A stretch of DNA of 64,000 nucleotides from Bryobacteraceae bacterium (GTDB taxonomy: Bacteria > Acidobacteriota > Terriglobia > Bryobacterales > Bryobacteraceae): assembly GCA_035651215.1 (NCBI GenBank), contig DASRGE010000041.1, positions 9,159 through 73,158 of the forward strand. The letters are read 5' to 3'. Both the position numbers and the translations under genes were made by a program. How positions within the stretch are numbered: the stretch's first letter is position 1; every line of letters starts with the position of its first letter. The notes under the pieces were generated by a model. It was not told where the DNA came from. It searched no databases and saw only the letters and a list, made by a program, of their open reading frames with translations. Positions 20,499-28,933 of this stretch are shown here, piece by piece.

Positions 20499-20519
20499 AG
20501 CTTCTTTGGAGGAAATCAT

Positions 20520-21182
20520 TTGAAGTTTTCAAAAACTCTTCTCGTTACCGCAATCGCCGCCCTAGCGCCGATTGCAAGCCACGCTGATCCGATCACACAC
20601 CACACGAACCTTTCAGTAGCCGGCATGACATTCGACAACTTCACCTGCGAGGTTCATGCGACGGGTTTTGCATCTCCTGATAGCTGCCGTCAGATCAGTG
20701 TAGACACAATCACTAAGCCTGGTGATGGGATTCAATTCACCAGCAATTTCCTCGCGGGCTCAGCCTTCTTTACATCGGGAACTGATGCAGCACTCACCTA
20801 CGACGTCTCTTCAGCAGCCGGTATCAAGTCGGTGGGCCTCGATTTCAATGGAGAGTTGCTCGGATTTGCGATCTCGTCGGTTACTGAGAACGTATGGAAT
20901 GGCAATCAACTGCTTGCAACCGCCTATGTCGGCTGCGACATAGGTGGCTGCTCTCGTACGGATGAAATCTCCCTCGATGGAGTCTATAACAACCTCCACA
21001 TCGAAAAGGACATTCAACTGGCCAGCTACTTGGGTTATACCGACGCCAGCATCATTGACCAAACCTTCTGCCAAGCTCCCGAACCAGGTTCCATCGCTCT
21101 GATGGGTATCGGACTACTCGCCGCCGGCAGCGTTCTGCGCCGCCGCACTCGCCAGGCAGCGCTTCGCAATAAGCAGCAGTAA
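20520..21182 (+). CDS. PEP-CTERM sorting-domain protein
   Basis: The C-terminal PEPGSIALMGIGLLAAGSVLRRRTRQ gives PEP, a TM helix and an Arg cluster. The N-terminal signal is KFSKTLLVTAIAALAPIASHA. TTG 20520, 6 nt after GGAGGA, is preferred. The alternative ATG 20469 would run through the hairpin. Confidence 0.8.
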   Translation: MKFSKTLLVTAIAALAPIASHADPITHHTNLSVAGMTFDNFTCEVHATGFASPDSCRQISVDTITKPGDGIQFTSNFLAGSAFFTSGTDAALTYDVSSAAGIKSVGLDFNGELLGFAISSVTENVWNGNQLLATAYVGCDIGGCSRTDEISLDGVYNNLHIEKDIQLASYLGYTDASIIDQTFCQAPEPGSIALMGIGLLAAGSVLRRRTRQAALRNKQQ

Positions 21183-21218
21183 AACCCGAAACTACCGGTA
21201 CGAGACACTAAGAGCGAC

Positions 21219-21986
21219 ATGTACAAGCTCTTAGATCTCTCCGGCAGAGTGGCGCTGGTGACCGGAGCCTCTTCCGGTATCGGCGCGGCAACCGTGCAGG
21301 TGCTGGCTCAACTGGGAGCCAGCGTTGCGCTCGGTTATCACAAAAATGAGGAAGGGGCCCAACAGGGGCTCCAGTCCATCCAGCAGTCCGGCGGGAAGGC
21401 CATCGCTATCCAGGCCGACGTTCGTGAAGCTAAAGAGATTCAGCGGCTGGTCAAGACCACCGTTCAGGAACTCGGGCCCATCGACATCCTGGTCAACAAT
21501 GCCGGTTGGCTCGTCGAGCGCGTGCCGCTCCTGCAGGTAACCGAAGCCCGCTGGGACGAGATCATCAATTTGAATCTCACCAGCGCTCTCCGCTGTTCTC
21601 AGGAGGTCGCGCCCAACATGATCGAGCGCCGGCGCGGAACGATCATCAATGTGGTCTCCATTGCCGGACGAAATGGCGGCGGACCTGGTTCCGGCGCCTA
21701 CTCCACCGCGAAGGGCGCTCTCATCACCCTCACCAAGTCGCTCGCGAAAGAATTGGCCCCGCACCAGGTCCGGGTGAACGCCGTGTCCCCCGGCGTGATC
21801 GATACGCCCTTTCACGAAGTGTTCTCCACTCCGGAAATGATGGCGAATTTTGTCAAAACTATCCCACTCGGCCGCGTCGGGACGTCGCTCGAAGTCGCCA
21901 CAACCATTGCGTTTCTCGCGTCCGATGCCGCCGGCTACATCGTTGGCGAAACCATCGAAATCAACGGCGGCCAGCTCATGCTCTGA
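21219..21986 (+). CDS. SDR family oxidoreductase (FabG-like)
   Basis: TGASSGIGAA cofactor motif, NNAG, and the catalytic YSTAKGAL (YxxxK). Confidence 0.9.
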   Translation: MYKLLDLSGRVALVTGASSGIGAATVQVLAQLGASVALGYHKNEEGAQQGLQSIQQSGGKAIAIQADVREAKEIQRLVKTTVQELGPIDILVNNAGWLVERVPLLQVTEARWDEIINLNLTSALRCSQEVAPNMIERRRGTIINVVSIAGRNGGGPGSGAYSTAKGALITLTKSLAKELAPHQVRVNAVSPGVIDTPFHEVFSTPEMMANFVKTIPLGRVGTSLEVATTIAFLASDAAGYIVGETIEINGGQLML

Positions 21987-22043
21987 TTTCCTGACAGGTT
22001 ACTGAACCCGCGGCTAGCCAAGCGGCTTTCTTCGCGCACGCGA

Positions 22044-22107
22044 TGTAAAAAATATTTGACACGTCCAGGAGAAAGACGTACGCTACGAATGTCGAATATT
22101 TTTTACA
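22044..22107 (+). promoter_or_regulatory. 18-bp inverted repeat bracketing a sigma70-like promoter
   Basis: TGTAAAAAATATTTGACA (22044-22061) and TGTCGAATATTTTTTACA (22090-22107) are reverse complements at 17 of 18 positions. TTGACA (22056-22061) lies inside the left arm. TACGCT (22079-22084) follows a 17-nt spacer. The downstream operon encodes an XRE regulator. Confidence 0.5.
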
Positions 22108-22122
22108 CTGGAGCGATTTGGG

Positions 22123-22551
22123 ATGCTGACAAGCCTTTCCTACCGGGAGAAAACTCTCTATGCCTCGCTTGCGGCGGAGATCCTCGTATATGGCCCCTAC
22201 TTCTTTCTGCACCGGCAAAACTCGGTCAACAAAGTTGCCGGTATGATTGTCGCGATTATTGTGCTGCAGATAATCCTGCAATCGATTATCGCCGCGGTGA
22301 CGCGGAACCGTGTAACAGATGAGCGCGATCGATTGATCCAGCTTCGAGGTTATCGTGCCGGCTATCTAACGCTCGCCTCATTGATGGTGCTTGGGCTGGG
22401 CATGCTGTGGTTTCATACGGCCGCCGGCCACCTTCAATTAACCAGCCAGATGGTAGGGCTCCATTTTTTGAGCGTCTTTTTCGGAATGCTGATCATCGCC
22501 GATATCACCAAAACCGTCGCCCAGATTGTGGCTTACCGGAAGGCGCTCTAA
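22123..22551 (+). CDS. small integral membrane protein (DUF2178-like)
   Basis: 142 aa with four hydrophobic helices. It is translationally coupled (TAATG) to a short XRE regulator, a recurrent gene pair. Confidence 0.7.
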   Translation: MLTSLSYREKTLYASLAAEILVYGPYFFLHRQNSVNKVAGMIVAIIVLQIILQSIIAAVTRNRVTDERDRLIQLRGYRAGYLTLASLMVLGLGMLWFHTAAGHLQLTSQMVGLHFLSVFFGMLIIADITKTVAQIVAYRKAL

Positions 22552-22766
22552 TGCCAGCGATCCGCAATCGGATTCGAGAACTCCGAGCGGCTCGTGAGTT
22601 CACGCAGCAGGAACTCGCGGACAAAATCGGCGTGACACGCCAGACAGTCATAGCCATGGAACAAGACAAGTATTCGCCTTCCCTCGAGACTGCGTTTAAA
22701 GTGGCAATGGTGCTGGGCGTGTCGCTTGAGCAGTGCTTTCAATATCAACCTCGCGGCAAGCGCTAA
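22551..22766 (+). CDS. XRE-family helix-turn-helix transcriptional regulator (YozG-like)
   Basis: In-frame ATG 22551 gives a 71-aa protein. The HTH_3 core is IRELRAAREFTQQELADKIGVTRQTVIAMEQDKYSPSLETAFKVAMVLG. Confidence 0.85.
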   Translation: MPAIRNRIRELRAAREFTQQELADKIGVTRQTVIAMEQDKYSPSLETAFKVAMVLGVSLEQCFQYQPRGKR

Positions 22767-22789
22767 CCGTCTTGAGCAACGGGTAATCT

Positions 22790-23452
22790 CTACTGTGGAA
22801 TTGCAAGCGGGTCCCGCAGTTCAATGGCGCCGCTTCCGCTCGCTACAGGGATACGGGTTTTCTTCGGGGGTGTACCGGTGGCGTCTTTCTGTACCAAGTT
22901 TGAGCTGCCGTGCCCCCTGCCGTCCACGTAAAAACTACGTCGCCGGATCGGCAGTACAACCCGGTTCCAATCTGCATTCCGTAAGAAGGGATAAGCAGAA
23001 GTTGGATAGTCCCGGGCGTAGCGCGACGCACGACCCAGGTTAGGTTGTGAGGAAGCGATGTGATCGAGGCATATTTCAAGTCCAACGGTCAGACCGGCAA
23101 TATTCAAAATGCGTCCACCCATGCGCTCGTCGTCGAATACGGACCGGATGCGGCTCTGCTCGCCTCCTTGCGGGGACAAAGCACGCATAACACGCTCATC
23201 CGGCGTACCGGTTGAACGGTCACCTGCCCGTTTGTAATCGATACCGGAGACATACTCTTTTGTCACGACGTACGATTCCCCAGCGTCGTGAACCAGCGCC
23301 ACGTTCTGCACTTCAGCTCCATAGGCACCCATGTTGATAACGTGCGCCGGCCCCGCCCCGGTGTCTTTATCGCATTTAGGAACGGTCTTTTGCCGGTTTA
23401 GCAGGTCCCGGTGGAATGTGATCTTGCTATTTCCGTGTCCACAAGTCCGCAA
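22790..23452 (-). CDS. hypothetical protein (possibly the 3' part of a frameshifted gene)
   Basis: 220-aa ORF with a TTG start in an AT-richer stretch. It overlaps the upstream ORF by 55 nt in the -1 frame. It contains VVTKEY ... GLEICLDH, which weakly recalls nitrilase-superfamily Lys/Cys motifs. Confidence 0.4.
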   Translation of the reverse strand: MRTCGHGNSKITFHRDLLNRQKTVPKCDKDTGAGPAHVINMGAYGAEVQNVALVHDAGESYVVTKEYVSGIDYKRAGDRSTGTPDERVMRALSPQGGEQSRIRSVFDDERMGGRILNIAGLTVGLEICLDHIASSQPNLGRASRYARDYPTSAYPFLRNADWNRVVLPIRRRSFYVDGRGHGSSNLVQKDATGTPPKKTRIPVASGSGAIELRDPLAIPQ

Positions 23453-23838
23453 CAGGTGACCTCATCGACGTGTATTTCGAAGTGGACGGGCTGGCTCGCA
23501 AAACTCTGTCGACCACGTCCTGTAGCACCCCGATTACAGAGATAGAAACGTCTTGTGGGTCCAGGATGCAAACGCCGCCAGCCGGCGATTGCGCGACTCA
23601 GATATACGACGATATTGCGCTTGGCCATAACTGACCGAGGCTTTTCGTATAGCGCAATCAAATCATCAATGGGTTTCAAGTCCGCTGGCCTGGGGATAAG
23701 GGGAACTTTTCCCGGGTTCCCGGATTCAAACATCGTTTTCATCGCCGCAACCCTACCCCTGGATGACAGGGTCGAACTGTCGCCAATCCATACGGAAAGA
23801 GCCGGAATGGTTTCGTATCTCAAGGGTCCTCCTAACAA
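23398..23838 (-). CDS. hypothetical protein (possibly the 5' part of a frameshifted gene)
   Basis: 146-aa ORF with no recognisable motif. An internal Met at 23742 (MKTMFESG) is an alternative start. Confidence 0.35.
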   Translation of the reverse strand: MLGGPLRYETIPALSVWIGDSSTLSSRGRVAAMKTMFESGNPGKVPLIPRPADLKPIDDLIALYEKPRSVMAKRNIVVYLSRAIAGWRRLHPGPTRRFYLCNRGATGRGRQSFASQPVHFEIHVDEVTCCGLVDTEIARSHSTGTC

Positions 23839-23976
23839 GGCAGGTAGACGCTAATAATATAAGTACTCCAAAATACTCCAAATTCTCATCCATTCAGTGT
23901 GAAGCTCCGTAGCTCTACGGGAAAACTAGGATCATCGAGACCTCAAGGGGAGGACCGACTGCCAGGATCGTGAGGT

Positions 23977-24303
23977 GTGACTGGTGACGTCAAACTAACC
24001 TGTAGGGCGGTGTTGTTCGATATGGACGGCACGCTTGTCGATTCTACTCGTGTTGTCGAACGTGCCTGGCCAATGGGCGTCACGGACGGCATTCCCCTCG
24101 AAGCTGTGCTCTCGTTTTCACATGGACGTCCGACGATCGCTACTATGGAGCACTTTCTGCCTGAGCGAGACCATACGAGGGAACTGGAAGAGATGGCACG
24201 CTACGAAGAGATGCAGCTCGAAGGAATTCTGGCCGTCCCAGGCGCCAGAGAAGTCCGTGATGTAACGATCCAGACCCGCGGCAGATACATAAGCTGGAGT
24301 TAG
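23977..24303 (+). pseudogene. truncated HAD-superfamily hydrolase (N-terminal half only)
   Basis: It has HAD motif I (AVLFDMDGTLVDS) and the cap region up to VPGAREV. The similarity then ends at about residue 92 and the ORF stops at 108 aa. Motifs III and IV are absent in all frames. Confidence 0.6.
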
Positions 24304-24334
24304 AAGCCGCAAGCTGAGCTGAGCAACTAACTCC
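24296..24334 (-). terminator. inverted repeat just downstream of the RND permease gene
   Basis: GGAGTTAG (24296-24303) and CTAACTCC (24327-24334) are a perfect 8-bp inverted repeat with a 23-nt spacer, 22 nt past the RND stop. There is no U-tract. Confidence 0.3.
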
Positions 24335-24355
24335 TGCATTGTACTTTCGAATCGC

Positions 24356-27300
24356 TTACTTCGCCTGCGGCACGAGCAACTGCTCGTGCGCGCTGGCGGC
24401 TGCAGGAGGCGCCTGGCCCTTGCCGGCATGGCGCCACTTCAGCAAATGATCCATATAGGTGTAGAAAACAGGCGTGAGATACAGCGTTACGAATTGCGCA
24501 AAGAGCAGGCCGCCAACGACGCAAAGGCCGAGCGGGCGCCGGGCATCGGCGTCAGCGCCAAAGCCGATCGCGATGGGCAGGGTGCCTATGATCGCGCAGG
24601 CGGTGGTCATCATGATCGGCCGGAAGCGAATCATCGAGCCTTGATAGGCCGATTCCATGGCCGTCCGGTTCTCCTTGCGCTCATACTCCAAGGCGAAATC
24701 GACCATCATAATCGCGTTCTTTTTGACGATGCCGATCAGCATAATCAAACCGACGAACCCGTAGATATCGAGCTGCATGTGGAAAAGGGAAAGCGTGACC
24801 AGGCCGCCAAAAGCAGCCGCAGGCAGCCCGGTCAGAATCGTGATGGGGTGAATGTAGCTTTCGTAGAGGATGCCCAGCACGATATAGATGACGACGACGG
24901 TTATGATCAGCAGAACGCCCAGGCCAGTGAGGGACTCTTGAAACTCGTGGGCAGTGCCCTGAAAGCTGGTGTTGATGGAGATGGGCAGCATTGACTGGGC
25001 AAGGTTCTGCACTTGGCCGACAACTTGGCCCAGAGCGACGCCTCGCGCCAGGTTGAAGGAAATCGTAACTGAAGGGAGCTGGCCGCTGTGATTGACGGTC
25101 AAAGGCCCCACGCTCGTAGTGAACTTTGAGACGGCGCTGAGCGGAACGAGCTGGCCGGAAGAGGAATGAATGTAGAGCTCCGAGAGCATGTCAGGATCGC
25201 TCTGGAAACGGCTCTGTACATCGAGCACCACCCAGTATTCGTCGTTTGAAGTGTAGATGGGCGAGACCAGGCGCTGGCCGTAAGCACTGTAGAGCGCATC
25301 CTCAACTTGCTGCGGCGTCACTCCCAGAGCGGACGCTTTCTCGCGGTCCACCACGACGTTGGCCTGCGGATTTCGGATTTGCAGGTCGCTTGTGACATCG
25401 GCCAGACCGGGTAAATCCCTCATTCTCGCTTCGAATTTCTCCGCGTACTCGTAGAGCTGATCGATCTTCGGGCTCGACAGTGTGTACTGATACAGGCTCT
25501 TGGTGATCTGGCCGCCAATCCGGATTGCGGGTGGATTTTGAAGAAAAACTCGGATCCCGGGAATTCTGTTCAGTTTTGGCTGCAGCTCCTGAATGACATC
25601 GTTGATCGTCAAATGGTGTTCATAAAGCGGGCGAATAAACCGGATCACAGCGTCCACGAAAATCGTATGACCGTAGAGCGCGACCAGGCGATCATAGGCG
25701 GGGTTATGGCTCCAGGGGCGGTCGGAACGGTTCTTCAGATGGAGGAAGGCACGTCCGTTGTTGAGGCCGGTAGTGTTTGAGTCGCTGATGCCTGAGAAAA
25801 ACTGAATGACGTTCGGATCGGCCTGGAAGATGCGATTCACCGCCTCTTGATGCGCCTTCATCGCGTCGAAGGAGATTCCCTGATTGGCCTCAGTCGACAC
25901 CGAAATCTCCGAAAGATCATCCTCGGGCAGGAACCCTTTCGGAATGGACCAGAACTCCCAAGCCGTTCCCAGCAGGACGAGCAAGCCGAAAATCATCACC
26001 AGTACGCGATGCCGCAGCGCCCATCGAAGGCTTGCACCGTACCAACGGAGTGAGCCCTCGAGCACATTCTCCAGAGTCCGATACAGCCAGCCTTGGCGTC
26101 TCTCGTGTCCGGCACGTAGATAATGCCTGCATAGCATCGGTGTGAGAGTAATGGAAACAAAGCCGGAAACCAGAACGGCGGAAATAATGACGACGGCGAA
26201 CTCATGCAGTAGCCGTCCGAATACGCCGGGCATGAAAAAGACGGGGAGAAAAACGACGGCCAGGGACAGCGTCATCGAAAGAATGGTGAAGTTGACTTCC
26301 TTTGAGCCATCGAGCGCGGCTTCCAGCGCTCCCTTTCCCATCTCCACATGGCGCACAATGTTTTCGAGCATAACGATGGCGTCATCCACGACGAAGCCCA
26401 CCGATAGAGTCAGCGCCAACAGGGACAAATTGTCGATGGTGTAGCCGAGCAGGTACATCACCGCGAACGTGCCCATAATCGCCATCGGGAGCGCCATGCT
26501 CGGGATCAAAGTGGCGGAAGCAGTGCGGAGGAAAAGGAAAATGACAAGAACAACCAGAACGACAGCAAGCAGAAGGGTGAACTTTACGTCGTTGACCGAA
26601 TCGTTGATGGGAACGGATCGGTCGTACTCGACCGAAAGATAAATCGACGGCGGCACCATCGAGTAAAAGCGCGGAAGGAGTTTGCGAATGTTCCTGACGA
26701 TATCGATGGTATTCGTGTCAGGCTGCCGGAGAACGGCCAGCATGATCCCGGGGACATTGTTGATCCAGTTCGCGACGTACTTATCCTGAACTCCATTGCT
26801 CACCGTAGCCACCTGGTCAAGCTGTACTGGAGCGCCGTTGCGGTAAGCGACAATCAGCGGGCGGTACACGGCGGCGTCGGAGAGCTGCCCGTTGGACTCG
26901 ATATTGTAAGCTTTATGGGCGCCGTAGAGCGTGCCCATCGGCATGTTGACGTTGGCGTTTTGAATCGCTTGCGCAACCTGGTCGATGCCGATCTGACGGC
27001 TGGCAAGAGCTTCGGGATTCAGTTCGACGCGGACCGCGTACTTCGCCGTGCCATGGACATCGACCTCCGCAACGCCCGGAACCATCGAAATCTGCTCGGC
27101 CACAAGGTCTTCGGCATATTTGTCGACCTCGTAGAGCGGAAGTATCGGCGAGGTGACAGCCAGCAGAAAGATGGGCTGATCGGCCGGATTCACTTTTCGG
27201 AAGGTCGGCGGAAAGGGCATGTTGGCCGGAAGCTGATTCGCAGCGGCGGAGATCGCCGACTGAACATCCAGGGCGGCAGAATCGAGCTTGCGGCTGAGAT

Positions 27301-27586
27301 TGAACTGCAGTGTGATCTGGGTATTGCCGAGCGAACTGGTGGAAGTCATCGAGTCCAGGCCGGCAATGGTCGTAAACTGTTTCTCCAGCGGAGTCGCCAC
27401 CGACGAAGCCATCGTTTCCGGACTGGCCCCGGGGAGGCCCGCCGAGACCTGGATGGTGGGAAAGTCGACATTCGGTAAATCGCTCACCGCCAGATCGCGG
27501 TAGCCCAGAATGCCAAAGAGAAGAATGGCCAGCATCAGAAGGCTGGCCATCACGGGCCGGCGAATGAATGGTTCACAGAGATTCAT
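24356..27586 (-). CDS. RND efflux transporter permease (AcrB/HAE1-like)
   Basis: 1076 aa with a 12-TM architecture and two large periplasmic loops. The N-terminus FIRRPVMASLLMLAILLFG is typical of the family. Confidence 0.95.
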   Translation of the reverse strand: MNLCEPFIRRPVMASLLMLAILLFGILGYRDLAVSDLPNVDFPTIQVSAGLPGASPETMASSVATPLEKQFTTIAGLDSMTSTSSLGNTQITLQFNLSRKLDSAALDVQSAISAAANQLPANMPFPPTFRKVNPADQPIFLLAVTSPILPLYEVDKYAEDLVAEQISMVPGVAEVDVHGTAKYAVRVELNPEALASRQIGIDQVAQAIQNANVNMPMGTLYGAHKAYNIESNGQLSDAAVYRPLIVAYRNGAPVQLDQVATVSNGVQDKYVANWINNVPGIMLAVLRQPDTNTIDIVRNIRKLLPRFYSMVPPSIYLSVEYDRSVPINDSVNDVKFTLLLAVVLVVLVIFLFLRTASATLIPSMALPMAIMGTFAVMYLLGYTIDNLSLLALTLSVGFVVDDAIVMLENIVRHVEMGKGALEAALDGSKEVNFTILSMTLSLAVVFLPVFFMPGVFGRLLHEFAVVIISAVLVSGFVSITLTPMLCRHYLRAGHERRQGWLYRTLENVLEGSLRWYGASLRWALRHRVLVMIFGLLVLLGTAWEFWSIPKGFLPEDDLSEISVSTEANQGISFDAMKAHQEAVNRIFQADPNVIQFFSGISDSNTTGLNNGRAFLHLKNRSDRPWSHNPAYDRLVALYGHTIFVDAVIRFIRPLYEHHLTINDVIQELQPKLNRIPGIRVFLQNPPAIRIGGQITKSLYQYTLSSPKIDQLYEYAEKFEARMRDLPGLADVTSDLQIRNPQANVVVDREKASALGVTPQQVEDALYSAYGQRLVSPIYTSNDEYWVVLDVQSRFQSDPDMLSELYIHSSSGQLVPLSAVSKFTTSVGPLTVNHSGQLPSVTISFNLARGVALGQVVGQVQNLAQSMLPISINTSFQGTAHEFQESLTGLGVLLIITVVVIYIVLGILYESYIHPITILTGLPAAAFGGLVTLSLFHMQLDIYGFVGLIMLIGIVKKNAIMMVDFALEYERKENRTAMESAYQGSMIRFRPIMMTTACAIIGTLPIAIGFGADADARRPLGLCVVGGLLFAQFVTLYLTPVFYTYMDHLLKWRHAGKGQAPPAAASAHEQLLVPQAK

Positions 27587-27599
27587 AAGATTCCGGTCC

Positions 27600-28739
27600 T
27601 CAGAGCGACTTGGTGAAATTCACTTTGGTTCCGGGAACCAGGCGTACTTGCCCATCGGTGACTACGGTCTCGCCGGCAGAGAGCCCCTGCTGAACTTCCG
27701 TTGCGCCCCTGGCGGTGTTCCCCACTTTCACTTGCCGCACATCTACCGTCATATCCGGCTTCACCACGAAAACGTAGTCGCCCTGCTGGCCCGACTGCAC
27801 GGCCTGTGTGGGGACCACCAGCACATTCTGTTGTTCTCCCAGATCAAGCAACACGTTCGAGAATTGGCCGGGCCAAAGATGGTGGTCGGTGTTGGGAAAC
27901 GAAGCCATGAGCTGGATGGTGCCTGTGCTGGTGTCGACGGTGTTGTTGATGAAAGTCAAAACACCCTTTTCGGCGGCGGAGTCGTAGGACGGCGTGGCCT
28001 GAACAGGCAAATGGGAACGCGTCATCGAGGTCTTAATCGTTTCAAGATACTGCTGCGGAACCGAGAAACGGACGTAGATGGGCGAAACCTGGTTGATCAC
28101 CACGAGTACCGGGAGATCATTGGCCTTCACGGTAGCTCCGGGATAGACTAGTTGGGCTCCGGTGACACCGCTGATAGGAGCGTAAAGAGAGCAGTAGGAA
28201 AGCTGGATCTTATCTGTCTGGATGGCCGCCTCGTCTGCGCGGACAGTCGCCTGGGCGGCCGCTGAGGTTGCCACCGCCTGGTCGTACTGCTCCTGAGAAA
28301 TGATGCCGTCCTTATAGAGCTTCTCAGTCCGCTGCAATTGCACCTGGTTGAGCTTGGCCTGTGCTTTGTCTCTGGCAAGCGCCGCTTCGGACTGCGCCAG
28401 CGCGGCCAGCAGTGGATCTTTGTCAAGCGTGACCAGCAACTGGCCCTTCGCAACGAATTGGCCCTGCTGGTAATGCACCTCTTTGACGATGCCGGCAACT
28501 TGCGACTCTATTGAGACGGTCTGGAATGCCTGGCCGGTGCCGATGGCGTGTAGTTGCACGGGGATGGTGCTCCGCTCGGCTTTGCTGACCGTAACCGGGA
28601 CGGCGGCGGTGTTCTTCGGTCTGGCAATCGCCCCGCTGGTGTTCGATGCCTGCGCCGATGCGTCGCTACCCGTGCAGCCGGCGAGAAGCAGCACAGATAA
28701 TACTGAGACGAGTGCGAGGACCTTAGCAACTCTGCTCAT
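27600..28739 (-). CDS. RND efflux periplasmic adaptor (membrane fusion protein)
   Basis: Lipoprotein signal (LLLAGC), a coiled-coil hairpin region and barrel-sandwich segments. It lies 13 nt upstream of the RND permease. Confidence 0.9.
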   Translation of the reverse strand: MSRVAKVLALVSVLSVLLLAGCTGSDASAQASNTSGAIARPKNTAAVPVTVSKAERSTIPVQLHAIGTGQAFQTVSIESQVAGIVKEVHYQQGQFVAKGQLLVTLDKDPLLAALAQSEAALARDKAQAKLNQVQLQRTEKLYKDGIISQEQYDQAVATSAAAQATVRADEAAIQTDKIQLSYCSLYAPISGVTGAQLVYPGATVKANDLPVLVVINQVSPIYVRFSVPQQYLETIKTSMTRSHLPVQATPSYDSAAEKGVLTFINNTVDTSTGTIQLMASFPNTDHHLWPGQFSNVLLDLGEQQNVLVVPTQAVQSGQQGDYVFVVKPDMTVDVRQVKVGNTARGATEVQQGLSAGETVVTDGQVRLVPGTKVNFTKSL

Positions 28740-28872
28740 TCACCTCGATATCCTGCGCTTTGCGGTGATTATCCCACAGTTACTTTGAAGGACAGGCGAG
28801 TGGCGCGGATGATCGCGGAGCGTCGGCTGCGAGGATTTCGCTTGTATTGCATAGAATGCGCACTTCGCGCTT

Positions 28873-28888
28873 GGGAACGCGGTTTGCA
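28873..28888 (+). promoter_or_regulatory. sigma54-like -24/-12 element
   Basis: GGGAAC-gcggt-TTGCA has GG (28874-28875) and GC (28886-28887) at the canonical offset. The -12 TTGCA is a perfect match. It lies about 45 nt upstream of ATG 28934. Confidence 0.3.
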
Positions 28889-28933
28889 ACGCTAAATTGA
28901 AAATTCAAATTTCATTGCCTTGCCTGTTGGGAA

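Noticed and set aside
20469-20519. ATG 20469 as the start of the PEP-CTERM gene.
   Set aside because: It would translate through the GC hairpin and T-run, giving MRRANSRFFFSFFGGNH. TTG 20520 has a well-spaced GGAGGA SD and yields a standard signal peptide. ATG 20469 is kept as an alternative in the feature note.
24304-28933. The RND-MFP cassette as a discrete mobile element, because it is flanked by decayed genes.
   Set aside because: There are no terminal inverted or direct repeats shared between 24300-24355 and 28740-28933. There is no mobility gene. The pump genes have the same G+C as the surrounding core genes. Only the flanking islets look foreign.
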